A stretch of 64,000 nt of DNA from Nitrospirota bacterium (GTDB lineage: Bacteria; Nitrospirota; UBA9217): the NCBI GenBank assembly GCA_035623825.1, contig DASPSR010000020.1, forward strand, positions 1-64,000, given 5' to 3'. Under the pieces are notes generated by a model. That model did not search any database. It was given only the letters and a program-made list of their open reading frames with translations, and was not told the DNA's origin. Shown here piece by piece: positions 40,778 to 51,533 of the stretch. A program made the translations under genes and the position numbers. The stretch's first letter is position 1, and each line of letters begins with the position of its first letter.

Positions 40778-42226
40778 TCAGGTCATTTTTATTTTTGCTG
40801 ATTTATATGAGGAAGTGGAACGTAACAGAGATAGACCGGTTTTGAGCTTACGTCTCAGATCTCTATAACTGTTCACTCTGGTGACAGACCTAAGCATGTA
40901 ACCCGGGCTGAAATAAAACTTGTGAGTGGCATAATCTGCTAAGTCTGCAAGTTGTTCCTGGGTAAAGTGTTCGGTCCAAAACTGTGGTTGGATGCGGACA
41001 TAAGGGTTTTTGGCATATTCCTTCCAGTAGTCGTAGCTTATGATCTTGCGTTCGATGGCCATATCGTAAAGTTTCGTGGCGGGGAAAGGCGTCATCCTTG
41101 AGAACTGGGCGTAAGACGGCTTAAGCTCTCTGGCCAGTTTGATTGTGTCTTCGATTTCTTTTTGTCCTTCACCTGGGTTGCCTATAATAAAGTAGGCTAG
41201 TGTGTCAATTTTATGCTTCCTGCATAATGTAAAAGCTTTTTTTGCCATTTCCACGGTTATCTTTTTATTCAAGTTTTGCAGTATTCTGTCGTTTCCGGAT
41301 TCGACCCCTATATGCAGCCGCTTGCAGCCCGCCTTCTTAAACTTTTCCAGCATCTCTTCTGAAATGTTGTTGACCCTGGCGCGAGCGCCCCAGGGCATAC
41401 CAATCTTTCTTTTGATGATTTCGTCACAAATTTTCATAGCGACGCTGGAGTTCACGTAAAACGTATCATCAACAAAGAATATCTCGCGTATCCCCAGACC
41501 CCTAATATGCTCCATCTCATCCGCAATGCTTTTAGGACTTCTGTATGAGACTTTATCAATATGTTTGTAACAGAAGACGCATTTGTAAGGGCAACCTTTA
41601 GCCGATATCATCGTTGTAATCGGGTTATTTTCGGTCATGATGGAGAAGTACTTGTCTAACGGAACAAGATGTCTCGCCGGGAAAGGCATTTGTGAGTAAT
41701 CATTCATCGAGGCCGTCAGTTCGTTCATCCTGATCCGGCCTTCCTCATCTCTCCAGACAAGATTTCGTACTTCGGACAGATCGGTCTTGCCATCTGTCAA
41801 ATGACGAACCAGGTGCAGAAAAGGATACTCTCCTTCCTTCCTTATGACAAAATCGATTTCAGAAAGATTGATCGTTTGCTCCGGGTATATGTCCACATGC
41901 GGGCCGCCTAGGACGATCTTCGTTTCCGGCGAAACTTTTCTTATGGTCCTCGCCGTGAGCATCACGTCAGTCATGGTGAACGTCATCGCCGTCATACCGA
42001 CAAGATCGGGCTGCTCTTTGAGGATCCTCGCTTCAAGCTCCTCGTAGTTTATTTTTTCAGCTTGAGCGTCGATAATCCTTACGTCATCAATTCCTTTTGA
42101 TACAAGCACGGCAGCAATATACATGAGGCCGAGAGGCGGCTGCATGCTGCTTTCCCCGGAAACATATCGAGAAACCTGTGTCGTGATCTCGTTAAAGGCA
42201 GGCGGGTTTATCAACAATATTTTCAA
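40778..42226 (-). CDS. Cobalamin-binding radical SAM protein (class B methyltransferase-like)
   Basis: PPLGLMYIAA and GGPHV B12-binding domain, GCPYKCVFC, GVESG; TTG start overlapping the upstream stop. Confidence 0.9.
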   Translation of the reverse strand: MKILLINPPAFNEITTQVSRYVSGESSMQPPLGLMYIAAVLVSKGIDDVRIIDAQAEKINYEELEARILKEQPDLVGMTAMTFTMTDVMLTARTIRKVSPETKIVLGGPHVDIYPEQTINLSEIDFVIRKEGEYPFLHLVRHLTDGKTDLSEVRNLVWRDEEGRIRMNELTASMNDYSQMPFPARHLVPLDKYFSIMTENNPITTMISAKGCPYKCVFCYKHIDKVSYRSPKSIADEMEHIRGLGIREIFFVDDTFYVNSSVAMKICDEIIKRKIGMPWGARARVNNISEEMLEKFKKAGCKRLHIGVESGNDRILQNLNKKITVEMAKKAFTLCRKHKIDTLAYFIIGNPGEGQKEIEDTIKLARELKPSYAQFSRMTPFPATKLYDMAIERKIISYDYWKEYAKNPYVRIQPQFWTEHFTQEQLADLADYATHKFYFSPGYMLRSVTRVNSYRDLRRKLKTGLSLLRSTSSYKSAKIKMT

Positions 42227-43392
42227 TTTCTGTCCCTATCGGTGAAAAAGCCGTGATAAAAAGCGAGCAGTCGTCCGCAGACTTTTCCCCTGTCGAATTC
42301 CTTTTCCATGTATATTCTCCCCTGGCTGCCCAGTCTCTTCCTAAGTGATTCATCGCGAATGAGCGCTCTCATGCAATCTGCCAGTTGTTTTATATCACCA
42401 TTCTGATATAAAATGCCAGTTTCGCCGTCCTTGACGGCATCTATGTTACCACGAACTCTTGATGCAATGCAAGGTAACTGCATAGCAGAGCCTTGCAGCA
42501 GGGCATTCGGCAAGCCTTCGTGGTGGGAGGGATGCACCAGTATTTCCGAGGCCGAAAGGAAACCAGGGACATCATCAGTCCAACCGGTTACCCGTATGCG
42601 CGGATGGCTATGTAGCGTATTTAAAACGCCCTCGGGAAGCCCTCCCCTGCTTTCCTGCTCCAGCGAGCCGATTAAAAGAAGAATTGTGTGGTTGTCATCC
42701 AGAGCCTTGAAGGCCTCAAGCAATTCCACAATTCCTTTTTCGGCCATGATTCTTCCAACAAACGCAATAACGACGTCTTTTCCCCGGATGCCGTACTGGC
42801 TTCTCAATGTATTTCTTCGGGATTGAAGCAGTCCTGGAGTAAAGCGGTCGAGATCAACACCGTTTGATGAACCCTGTCCGAGCACATGCGCCCGTTTCGG
42901 GTTCAAACGGCCGGAACTGACAAGGTAGTCCTTCAGGGATCTGCTGTTGACGATAACCTGCGTAGCAATATTCAAGGTCAACTTTTCGCATAATAGGATC
43001 GCGGTTCCCGAGATCGGCCCCCTGAAGTCTGCTGTCCATCCGGCGACGGAATGTACCCGATGTCTCACGCCGGCCAGATAAGAGGCCGTCATGCCGACGA
43101 GGCCTCCCTTCGAAGTATGCGTATGAATTATATCCGGCTTGATCTCCCTGATCAGTCCAGTCAACCTTGAGATGGTTTTAACATCTCTTAAAAGTGTCAT
43201 ACTGCGCGAAATATCTACGGCGTGGTGTTGAAATCCCTCTGCTTTTGCCACCTCAGAGGAAGAAGGGTCCGGTGATGTGACAACATGAACCTCGAATCCG
43301 TTGTCGGCAAGGAAGCGGTTCTGGCCTTCAAAAATCGCTTTAACCGTGGAGAATATGGGCGTAATTCTAACTAGTTTTGGTTTGCGTTGCAT
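42223..43392 (-). CDS. Glycosyltransferase family 4 (CapM/PglA-like)
   Basis: HTHTSKGG, GSSNGVD, VGRIMAEKG, PSHHEGLPN motifs. Confidence 0.9.
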   Translation of the reverse strand: MQRKPKLVRITPIFSTVKAIFEGQNRFLADNGFEVHVVTSPDPSSSEVAKAEGFQHHAVDISRSMTLLRDVKTISRLTGLIREIKPDIIHTHTSKGGLVGMTASYLAGVRHRVHSVAGWTADFRGPISGTAILLCEKLTLNIATQVIVNSRSLKDYLVSSGRLNPKRAHVLGQGSSNGVDLDRFTPGLLQSRRNTLRSQYGIRGKDVVIAFVGRIMAEKGIVELLEAFKALDDNHTILLLIGSLEQESRGGLPEGVLNTLHSHPRIRVTGWTDDVPGFLSASEILVHPSHHEGLPNALLQGSAMQLPCIASRVRGNIDAVKDGETGILYQNGDIKQLADCMRALIRDESLRKRLGSQGRIYMEKEFDRGKVCGRLLAFYHGFFTDRDRN

Positions 43393-43954
43393 TTTTCTGT
43401 TTATAATCTTCTATATTGCCGATTACCTTGGCTGGCACACCCGCAACAACTGCCCCCGGAGCCACGTCTTTAAGGACGAGGCTCATTGCCCCCACGACAC
43501 TTTTATCTCCAATCGTGACACCCGGCATTATAAGGGCACCAGCCCCAATAAAGACTCCATCACCGATACTGACCTGCGCGTATTTATCCTGAAGTATTTC
43601 TTTAAGGGGGTGATCATTATATCCGACGTTCGTGTGCGTCAGTATGAGAACCCGTTCCGCAAGCGTCGTGTTATGACCGATGGTTACGTTCCCCGCTATA
43701 TCGATCATTGTTTCCGCGCCTATAAAAACGTTGTCGCCGGCGATAAAGTTGCTGAAGCCATCTTTGTAAAAGTTGATAAATGATATGTTTAGTATCCTCG
43801 AGTTTCTACCTATGCGGCTGCCGGCTAAACGGAGGACCATCGCCCTTAAAGGATAAAGACATAAAAAGGATCTTGCGACGGCTGCTATGATATGCCCCGT
43901 CAGGTATCTAAGGAGCGCTTTGACGCCTCTGTTCTTGAGGGAACGGTGGATCAT
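43367..43954 (-). CDS. Hexapeptide-repeat acyltransferase
   Basis: Repeats IGDGVFIGAGALIMPGVTIGDKSVVGA and GVPAKVI. Confidence 0.9.
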   Translation of the reverse strand: MIHRSLKNRGVKALLRYLTGHIIAAVARSFLCLYPLRAMVLRLAGSRIGRNSRILNISFINFYKDGFSNFIAGDNVFIGAETMIDIAGNVTIGHNTTLAERVLILTHTNVGYNDHPLKEILQDKYAQVSIGDGVFIGAGALIMPGVTIGDKSVVGAMSLVLKDVAPGAVVAGVPAKVIGNIEDYKQKNATQTKTS

Positions 43955-45897
43955 CGGTTATTCTCAAGCCATGATTGGAACATCAGCACATCCCACAAAA
44001 GGTACTGCCAATTGCGGCTGCCCGAAAGATGTTCTTGCCACTTAATCCTGATCGGCTCAGGGTTGAAGAACCCTTCTTCACGGAGTCGTTTCTCATCCAG
44101 TAATTCACTAGCCCAATCGCGTAACGGGCCACGAAGCCAGTTGTCTATCGGTATGCCAAAACCCATTTTGGGCCGCTCAATCAATTTTTTGGGAACATAT
44201 TTATAGAGCACTTGACGTAATAGCCATTTCCCCTCTCCGTTGTGGATTTTATAGGAGAGCGGCAATCGCCAGGCAAACTCAATCAACCTGTGATCAAGAA
44301 ACGGCACCCGCGTTTCAAGACTAACTCCCATTGCTGCTCGGTCTATCTTGACCAAGATGTCATCAGGTAGATAGGTCAGTGTATCCAGGTACATCATCCG
44401 CTGAGTAAAGTCGGGCAGTTCTGGCCATATCGATGGATCGGTGAGCAGAGTTGTCGGCTCACGAGCACCGCTCACTACACTTCGTGGCTCTTTCCAATGA
44501 GATACAAAATGTCGATACATCTCCTCGGGAGACTTGACTGCGATAATATCTGCCAATTTGTGTAATTTGTCCCCCATATTGCGCAGACGAACCTTTGCCG
44601 GCAGGACAGCCGCGATAGTATTCCAGCTCGCCGGAGAAAGGGCGGTGCAGCCTGCCGCAACAGCAGACCGTAGAGCCCTCGGCATCCAACCAATTCGATT
44701 CCATAGTGACTTGCTGAGAAAATACCGGTTGTAACCGCCGAATAATTCGTCACCAGCGTCTCCAGACAGGCTGACTGTCACGTGATGGCGTGTAAGTTGT
44801 GAAACCAGATAGGTTGGTATCTGCGATGCATCGGAGAACGGTTCGTCATAGAGTGAGGGTAATTTGGGGATGACATCAATGGCATCCCGGGGAGTCACAT
44901 ACAGGTCTGTATGGTCCGTATGCAGGTGCGTTGCCACGGCTCTCGCATGCTCCGCCTCATTGTACTCTGCTTCATGAAACCCGATAGTGAAAGTTCTGAC
45001 TGGTCGGTTACTTTGCACCTGCATCAGAGCGACGACTGTTGAGGAGTCCACTCCGCCTGAGAGAAAAGCCCCCAAAGGCACATCGGAGACCATCTGCTGC
45101 CGAACCGAATTGCGCAGAAGGCTGTCTAGCTGCTCAACAGCGTTCTTCTCGTCTCCGATATAAGGATTTTTCATGCCTTGAATTACAATTTCTTTTAGCG
45201 ACCAGTATGTCTGCGGGTCGGGGACATAGCCGGTGATGTCTTTTCCTGGGTGAATAGTGAGGATTGTTCCCGGGATGAGCTTCTTAATGCCAGTGTAAAT
45301 CGAATACGGTGTCGGAATATAATTATGGCGAAGAAAGAGTGCAAGCGCATCATGATTGATATCATCGCTCCAGGCAGGATGAGCGCGTAAGGCTTTTAAT
45401 TCAGAGCCAAACAGAAACGTATTCTCTACCCAGCCGTAATAGAGTGGCTTCTCACCGACACGGTCACGGATAAGGTGAAGACATCTTTCCTCTCGGTCCC
45501 ACAAGGCAATGGCGAACATTCCTATAAAACGCTTTACAGAGTGTTCTATGCCCCACGCTTCAAATGCAGCCAATATCACTTCGGTATCTGAATGACCGCT
45601 CCAATCAACGCTCATTACAGATTCTAATTCTTTGCGGATATCGAGGTAATTGTAGATCTCCCCATTAAACACAATAACATAACGGCCTCCTGAGGATAGC
45701 ATTGGTTGATGTCCTGCCGGCGAGAGGTCGAGAATAGACAGTCGACGATGTCCTAATGCGATACCTGATTCATGATCGTACCATTGGCCACCATCATCGG
45801 GGCCCCGATGCACAATCGACTGGGTCATATCATTGAGCGCGCTCATGCGATCCCTTATCGATTGTTTTAAATTAATGAAGCCTACTATGCCGCACAT
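43951..45897 (-). CDS. asnB: Asparagine synthase-like glutamine amidotransferase (glycan amidation)
   Basis: MCGIVG, HRGPD, HRRLSI, FNGEIYN, LSGGVDS, SGDAGDELFGGY motifs. Confidence 0.93.
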   Translation of the reverse strand: MCGIVGFINLKQSIRDRMSALNDMTQSIVHRGPDDGGQWYDHESGIALGHRRLSILDLSPAGHQPMLSSGGRYVIVFNGEIYNYLDIRKELESVMSVDWSGHSDTEVILAAFEAWGIEHSVKRFIGMFAIALWDREERCLHLIRDRVGEKPLYYGWVENTFLFGSELKALRAHPAWSDDINHDALALFLRHNYIPTPYSIYTGIKKLIPGTILTIHPGKDITGYVPDPQTYWSLKEIVIQGMKNPYIGDEKNAVEQLDSLLRNSVRQQMVSDVPLGAFLSGGVDSSTVVALMQVQSNRPVRTFTIGFHEAEYNEAEHARAVATHLHTDHTDLYVTPRDAIDVIPKLPSLYDEPFSDASQIPTYLVSQLTRHHVTVSLSGDAGDELFGGYNRYFLSKSLWNRIGWMPRALRSAVAAGCTALSPASWNTIAAVLPAKVRLRNMGDKLHKLADIIAVKSPEEMYRHFVSHWKEPRSVVSGAREPTTLLTDPSIWPELPDFTQRMMYLDTLTYLPDDILVKIDRAAMGVSLETRVPFLDHRLIEFAWRLPLSYKIHNGEGKWLLRQVLYKYVPKKLIERPKMGFGIPIDNWLRGPLRDWASELLDEKRLREEGFFNPEPIRIKWQEHLSGSRNWQYLLWDVLMFQSWLENNR

Positions 45898-45915
45898 AAA
45901 TTAATCAGCCCTGCC

Positions 45916-47043
45916 TTACACAAGTTGTTCAAAGAGAGCTTCGTACCTCTTAACCACGGACTCAAGTGAAAAGTTTTCGCAGATCCGATTACGGGCCTTC
46001 TGCCCAAGATAACGGCGCTGTTCAGACCCCATGCTGGCTAGATCATATAACGCATCGGACAACGCTTTCGGATCACGTGGTGGCACCACAATGCCGCTGT
46101 CACCGACGATCATTGCTGAATCACCGACGTCGGTCACGACGCATGGAATCGCACAAGACATCGCCTCGCCGACAACATTTGGAAAACCTTCGTTATACGA
46201 AGAAGAAACGGCAATATCCACTGCTGCCATTAGCTGGGGAATATCACTGCGTTCTCCCAGTAAATGTGTCCTTTTTGTTATTCCCAATTTTTCGATTTCT
46301 GCTTGCAATGGGACGTTATGTGCATATATTCCCTTGCCGGCTAAGACGAATTGAGCTTCTATGTTTTTTGCCAGCAGCAGCGATGCCGCTTTTAAAAAAG
46401 TCGAGTGATCCTTCATCGGATGGTATCGGCCGATGAGACATATCAAGAGAGTGTCTGCGCTAACCCCCAGAGATGCACGGATTGTTCGACTTCCCTCTGC
46501 AGAAGGAGCAAATGAATTAATATCGAAACCGTTTGGAATTACGATGCTTTTATCATCGCGGTATCCAAACGCCTTATGGTGTTTGGAACTTGTTGCTGAA
46601 TTGTAAAGAATACGTGTCACTTGACCAGACATCAATGCACCACATTTAATGATCAGCCTTGTCAGTCGTTTCTCGTATGATAAGGAGTAAAGGGACTGAC
46701 GGATATTCCACATTACGGATACTCTTCGATTCGTCAATTTAGATGCTATCAGCGATAAAAGGTTGCCATGGTACATCCATCCCTGAATAACATCCGGTTG
46801 AATGGTGCGAATCACTCGTGATAGTCTCAGCATCGCGGCTAATGAAGGGATAGAGCGCTTCATATCAAGAGTATATACCGGCACGCCTAATGCCTTCATT
46901 TTACCGCCCAGCGTGCCTTTGTCCGTCATTGAAATTACGATGTGTGAAAACCTCTGCCTGTCAGATCCGGACACAAGCTTATAGAGCATCATCTCGGCTC
47001 CGCCGGTACCTAGGCCCGTGGTAATATGGACGATCTTAATCAT
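45916..47043 (-). CDS. Glycosyltransferase family 4 (WbnK-like)
   Basis: GGAEMML, WMYH, IPNGFD, EGFPNVVGEAM motifs. Confidence 0.92.
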   Translation of the reverse strand: MIKIVHITTGLGTGGAEMMLYKLVSGSDRQRFSHIVISMTDKGTLGGKMKALGVPVYTLDMKRSIPSLAAMLRLSRVIRTIQPDVIQGWMYHGNLLSLIASKLTNRRVSVMWNIRQSLYSLSYEKRLTRLIIKCGALMSGQVTRILYNSATSSKHHKAFGYRDDKSIVIPNGFDINSFAPSAEGSRTIRASLGVSADTLLICLIGRYHPMKDHSTFLKAASLLLAKNIEAQFVLAGKGIYAHNVPLQAEIEKLGITKRTHLLGERSDIPQLMAAVDIAVSSSYNEGFPNVVGEAMSCAIPCVVTDVGDSAMIVGDSGIVVPPRDPKALSDALYDLASMGSEQRRYLGQKARNRICENFSLESVVKRYEALFEQLV

Positions 47044-48161
47044 TGTATACAGAACAAGGCTCTTTCTGTCTGCGATACCATTGACTCTACACTAAAATAT
47101 TCGTAAATTCTCTTACGCGCCATAAATGGTTCCTTCGCTCCAGCCTGTTCCAATTTAGACAGCATCCTCTCAATTCCGGAAGCAAGGGCGTTTGCATCCT
47201 GTGGTTTGACGACCACGCCCGTTTCGCCGACAATCAAGGCAGAATCCCCTACATTTGTCACTACGCATGGTACATCACATGCCATTGCCTCACCGACTAC
47301 GTTAGGAAAGCCTTCTCCATATGATGACAGCACGGCAACGTCAAAAGCATTATAAACTGACGGCATATCCTTTCGCGCGCCTGCCCAAATTATTCTTCCT
47401 TCCAACCCGCTGTTGATCGCTAAGCGAAAAAGCTCCTGCTTATAACTTTCCTGTCCATCGCCAACGCAAACAAACTTAACATTATTACGTTCTTTAACAA
47501 GAATAGTTGCAGCCCGTAAAAATGTAGGATGGTCTTTCATGGGGTCCAATCGCGCAACAAGTCCAATTAATAGCTCCTGTGGCTCTACTTTCCACTCTTT
47601 TCGCGTCAGTACGCCTTCTTCACGGAGAGGTCTAAATCTGTCGGTATCAATTCCGTTTGGGACCACTATCGTTTTATCCGAAGGGAATCCTTTTTTTATA
47701 GCATACTCTCGTCCAGCATGGGAATTAGCAATTATAAGATCAGCATATCTGGATAGTCTGCATTCAAGCCGGTATAAAAGGCGGGATAAAAAATCATACT
47801 GTGCCAGATCCATGTAACCTGCTCTAACTCCCCAAACGATCTTAATCTTAGGTATAAATCGTTTGACAATAACCGAGAGTATACACGATACACCCAAGAA
47901 CGCGTAAAGGTATTCAGCGCGCTGATCACGCAACACTGTGAACAGGCGATTCATAAAAGCAAAAACGTCCCATCTTCCTTTTTTTTCCAAAGGAATTACC
48001 GGTATACCTGCTTCTGCAAGGGAAGCAGTCAATAGTCCACCCGGATAGAAGACCAGTACACTGACATCATGGCCTTTGAGTTTAAATCCGCGTGACATCT
48101 CAACTAACTGTTGTTCCGCGCCCCCCACTTCCAGAGACCTAATAAGAAATACAATTTTCAT
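47040..48161 (-). CDS. Glycosyltransferase family 4 (WbnK-like)
   Basis: GGAEQQL, RLDPMKDH, EGFPNVVGEAM motifs. Confidence 0.92.
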   Translation of the reverse strand: MKIVFLIRSLEVGGAEQQLVEMSRGFKLKGHDVSVLVFYPGGLLTASLAEAGIPVIPLEKKGRWDVFAFMNRLFTVLRDQRAEYLYAFLGVSCILSVIVKRFIPKIKIVWGVRAGYMDLAQYDFLSRLLYRLECRLSRYADLIIANSHAGREYAIKKGFPSDKTIVVPNGIDTDRFRPLREEGVLTRKEWKVEPQELLIGLVARLDPMKDHPTFLRAATILVKERNNVKFVCVGDGQESYKQELFRLAINSGLEGRIIWAGARKDMPSVYNAFDVAVLSSYGEGFPNVVGEAMACDVPCVVTNVGDSALIVGETGVVVKPQDANALASGIERMLSKLEQAGAKEPFMARKRIYEYFSVESMVSQTERALFCIQ

Positions 48162-48440
48162 TATAGATAAGGCTCCATGAATAGAAACCTCGTTTTGAGG
48201 TGGAACCGTTCTCGGAGAGAAGTTCTAAAAACTTCCCAAGTGAGAACGGTGCCGCTCCTTTCAGCAGCATGTCAATTATGGAGTACAACGCCTGCAGGAG
48301 CCAAAAGGTATCTGTAATTCTCTGTGTCCCTGTCAATAATCAACTGAGAAAGTGCCAAGGGTTTAGAACGCCATGGAAGTCATTGCTCATTTGTTTGACT
48401 TAAAACTTAAACTTCTTTCTGAATATTATGTGATTCTTAT

Positions 48441-49223
48441 TTAATTCCGAGAATCATGCGTGCCATCAATAAGAGGCTTCTTCATAACAAAAACTCGTGA
48501 CGCAAATTTAGCGCATACAAATTTCAAGAAAGGCCTAAATACGCTCCATTCGAAAAGAGGAAGAAACATTGATAGCCTCTTACGCCTGCTTATGCGAAAG
48601 AGGATATAGTCAGTATCATAAAAGGTATTGGTAAAATATACTCCGAATTTTTGCTCGATTTCATATAGTGGCTTATAGTGTGTCCATTTATCTATCCAAT
48701 CTAATCCGAAAGATGTCCACTGTCTGATAGATTTGCCTTCCTTGTAATATCCAAGCCCCATTGCTCTAAGCGCCAAAGTATAATAGTATCTGGTCCTAGT
48801 GCCTTTCGTAAGCCAATGAACAAAAGGGATACCTACGTGTCCTTCTCTCCAGACATCCACGCTTGGGAAAATATTGATAAAAATCCCACTCGGCTTGAGT
48901 ACCCGGTTTATTTCAAAAAGAGGTTTAGTAAAATCATCAATATGTTCAAAAACTTGGTTGCTTATTATAACATCAAATTTATCCGAATCGAAAGGGATAC
49001 GTCCATTGTTCAGTTCGAAAATCCGTGTTCCCAGAAGGCCGCGCTTTTTCGCTTCGTCGCGATAGCTCCCACCTTCGTAAAATTCTTCGACACCATAAGC
49101 GTCAAATCCAGCACTGATGGCGTTTTCAACAATCTGACCTGCGCCACATCCGTAATCTAGCAGGCATGAGGTATTGCTTGCAAGTCTCTTCGCTAGATCA
49201 ATCGAATACTCATAATTAAGCAT
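48441..49223 (-). CDS. Class I SAM-dependent methyltransferase
   Basis: LDYGCGAG, SNQVFEH, RVLKPSG motifs. Confidence 0.88.
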   Translation of the reverse strand: MLNYEYSIDLAKRLASNTSCLLDYGCGAGQIVENAISAGFDAYGVEEFYEGGSYRDEAKKRGLLGTRIFELNNGRIPFDSDKFDVIISNQVFEHIDDFTKPLFEINRVLKPSGIFINIFPSVDVWREGHVGIPFVHWLTKGTRTRYYYTLALRAMGLGYYKEGKSIRQWTSFGLDWIDKWTHYKPLYEIEQKFGVYFTNTFYDTDYILFRISRRKRLSMFLPLFEWSVFRPFLKFVCAKFASRVFVMKKPLIDGTHDSRN

Positions 49224-49321
49224 TGAAATCTCCGCATAATAGCATTGCGTATATTTCAGAATGATGATATTCTTGTAATAATACTCCGGATTGCACCTTG
49301 CCAAATTATAAGAGTAACCGC

Positions 49322-50173
49322 TTAACAGCTCTTCTCTTGTGATGTTCTCTGCTTAACAAAAACATATTCATTACAACCAATCCCGCCGCCGCACGTCTTT
49401 AATTTTTCGAGAACGAAGCCTTTTTGTCTGCAAAAATCGAATATTTCTTCCGGCTTAGCCACTTCAAATGGATATCCACCAACCCAATCGATCACGTCAT
49501 ACCATGGATTCATGCCTCTTTCATGCACATACGTTCGCCACGTGTAAAATGGCTTGCATCTTAGAATATCTCGCACTGTTGTCGGACCCCAAAGCCGAAC
49601 AAATGATGGCAATAAAACAATAAATTTTAACCCCCTTGGTAAAAGGTTATAGACCTTTTTGATTTTTAACCAATATCGGCTTTTTCTTCCCTGATCGTTA
49701 TAAATTGAAATAAAGAGTTTTCCTCCGTCAGTTACTAGGTCAGCAATAAGCTCCAGGGCTTTCCACATGGCGCCAGTATGATGCAGAACGCCCCAAGAAT
49801 AGACGATATCAAACGTACCAAGAGATTTAAGATACTCCTCGTCAAGAACGGAACCTTCCTCAACCACATTCCAATTCGAGTCATTCGGGAAATAGCGCCG
49901 CCTGAGTTCGGCAGTGCATGCAACTGATTGTGGATCATAATCGAAGGAATTTACTCGAGCGCCAAGACTCCGAGCAGCCAGAGAAAAAAGCCCGCTACCA
50001 GAGCCGACATCGAGGAACGTTTTTCCTGCAATGCTATCGACCCCCAATTTATTTTGCAAAGAAGCACGCGCTTCATTAATTCGATCATTATTAATATGAG
50101 AAAGAAAACGCGACCAATTTCTACCAAACTCAAATCTTCCGCCAGCATCAATCTCTTTGGCGTGTTCCTCCAT
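49322..50173 (-). CDS. Class I SAM-dependent methyltransferase
   Basis: RFEFGRNW, LDVGSGSG, YSWGVLHHTG, DWVGGYPFE motifs; SD GGAGGA. Confidence 0.9.
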   Translation of the reverse strand: MEEHAKEIDAGGRFEFGRNWSRFLSHINNDRINEARASLQNKLGVDSIAGKTFLDVGSGSGLFSLAARSLGARVNSFDYDPQSVACTAELRRRYFPNDSNWNVVEEGSVLDEEYLKSLGTFDIVYSWGVLHHTGAMWKALELIADLVTDGGKLFISIYNDQGRKSRYWLKIKKVYNLLPRGLKFIVLLPSFVRLWGPTTVRDILRCKPFYTWRTYVHERGMNPWYDVIDWVGGYPFEVAKPEEIFDFCRQKGFVLEKLKTCGGGIGCNEYVFVKQRTSQEKSC

Positions 50174-50221
50174 ATTTATTTTCCTCCATAACATCATACG
50201 TTCTCTTCTCAATGGTAAAAC

Positions 50222-51460
50222 CTATACCCCTTTGTTGCTAATGCGGCTTCGCGCACTCATTGATGCCATAATTGCGAATGAAATCAGAAAATAATATTCT
50301 TCAACTATATTGTGGCTGAAAAACCCAAATAATGTTACAAATGCAAGAAACGGCAATGCTGTCTGTCTAGCTTCTCCACTAGCGCGCCAAATCGATGCCA
50401 GGAGAAGCAAAGGTAATATGAACAGCCCGATGACCCCATAATCTGCCATAAAATAAAGATACGTGTTATGTGTCGATATCTCCTCGTTCCATGTCAAGGT
50501 AGAACCTATACCGTTACCAATCAGTGGATGGTTTAAAAACATCTCCCAAGCACGTTTAAAAACCACCCTTCTCTCGTCAAGGCTCGCGTCTTCCGTAGTC
50601 AAGGGATTCGAGATCCAGTCTATTCTCTCAGTAATGTTTGGTAGGTTGATACCTTCACTTAATTTGTCAATAAGATCAATTTCGGTCAACTGGTTTAATA
50701 TCAATAAAATAATGAAGGTTGCTATTGCTATGCCTGCAATAAATTGTTTTTTGTTCAGTACGTTTTGAAATAATAAAATTAGGGTTACGAGAATCCACCC
50801 TATCAAGGCCGTTCTTGAAAATGTCAACAAGATGCCAATGAGGACTATATAAAGATACAGCGTCCGAATTTTTTTTGGCAATAATTCAATTGTCAATATC
50901 ATTCCTAAAACCAAAGCCGCTCCAGCTTGATTTGCATTCAAATAAAAACCGGCAGCTCTTCCCGGATTTGCAAATTCATTATCGAGGGGAACAAATAAAG
51001 AAGGATTCATGAAATCGTAGATATTATCAGCTATCGCTATAAGCACTGCCAGAAGCAAAACCCATCGCACTTTGCGTTGAAGACCTCCATCATCTTCAAG
51101 CGCTGTAAAAAAAAGGAGAATGACGAAAGCACTCAATATTCTTCGTTCTAGAGTTTTTATAACAATCTCAGATGGATCTGAAAAGAAGAAACTCACCAGA
51201 TTAATCATTATAAAAAAAAATGCCCAGTATAATAGGGGCTTAGAACAAGTAATTTCGGATACTTGATCCCTTGCAAAAAGCTTGGACGTTAAAGAAAGCA
51301 AAATAACTGCTGCAAATAATCCAATCCAGAATGACGGCGGAGTTGATGAGTAACCAACAAGAACTAAATAGATCGGAATGTTGGCGTAAAAAAAGAAGAC
51401 GGCTGCATAAACATGAAACGACTTTATGAAATTCATATTTAGTTCAATTTTGGCATGCAA
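50222..51460 (-). CDS. O-antigen polymerase/ligase family membrane protein (probable Wzy)
   Basis: Multi-TM; RAAGFYLNAN, TFSRTA, PLIGNG, THNTYL (Wzy_C-like). Confidence 0.8.
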   Translation of the reverse strand: MHAKIELNMNFIKSFHVYAAVFFFYANIPIYLVLVGYSSTPPSFWIGLFAAVILLSLTSKLFARDQVSEITCSKPLLYWAFFFIMINLVSFFFSDPSEIVIKTLERRILSAFVILLFFTALEDDGGLQRKVRWVLLLAVLIAIADNIYDFMNPSLFVPLDNEFANPGRAAGFYLNANQAGAALVLGMILTIELLPKKIRTLYLYIVLIGILLTFSRTALIGWILVTLILLFQNVLNKKQFIAGIAIATFIILLILNQLTEIDLIDKLSEGINLPNITERIDWISNPLTTEDASLDERRVVFKRAWEMFLNHPLIGNGIGSTLTWNEEISTHNTYLYFMADYGVIGLFILPLLLLASIWRASGEARQTALPFLAFVTLFGFFSHNIVEEYYFLISFAIMASMSARSRISNKGV

Positions 51461-51533
51461 CTAATGGCAATTTAGGGATTTAAGCTTTTTCATTGAATCG
51501 GCCATCACACTCAAACACCCAGTATTGTGACGT

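Noticed and set aside
48139-48400. Small ORFs between the GT4 and methyltransferase genes
   Set aside because: Possibly a gene remnant, but no identifiable motif.
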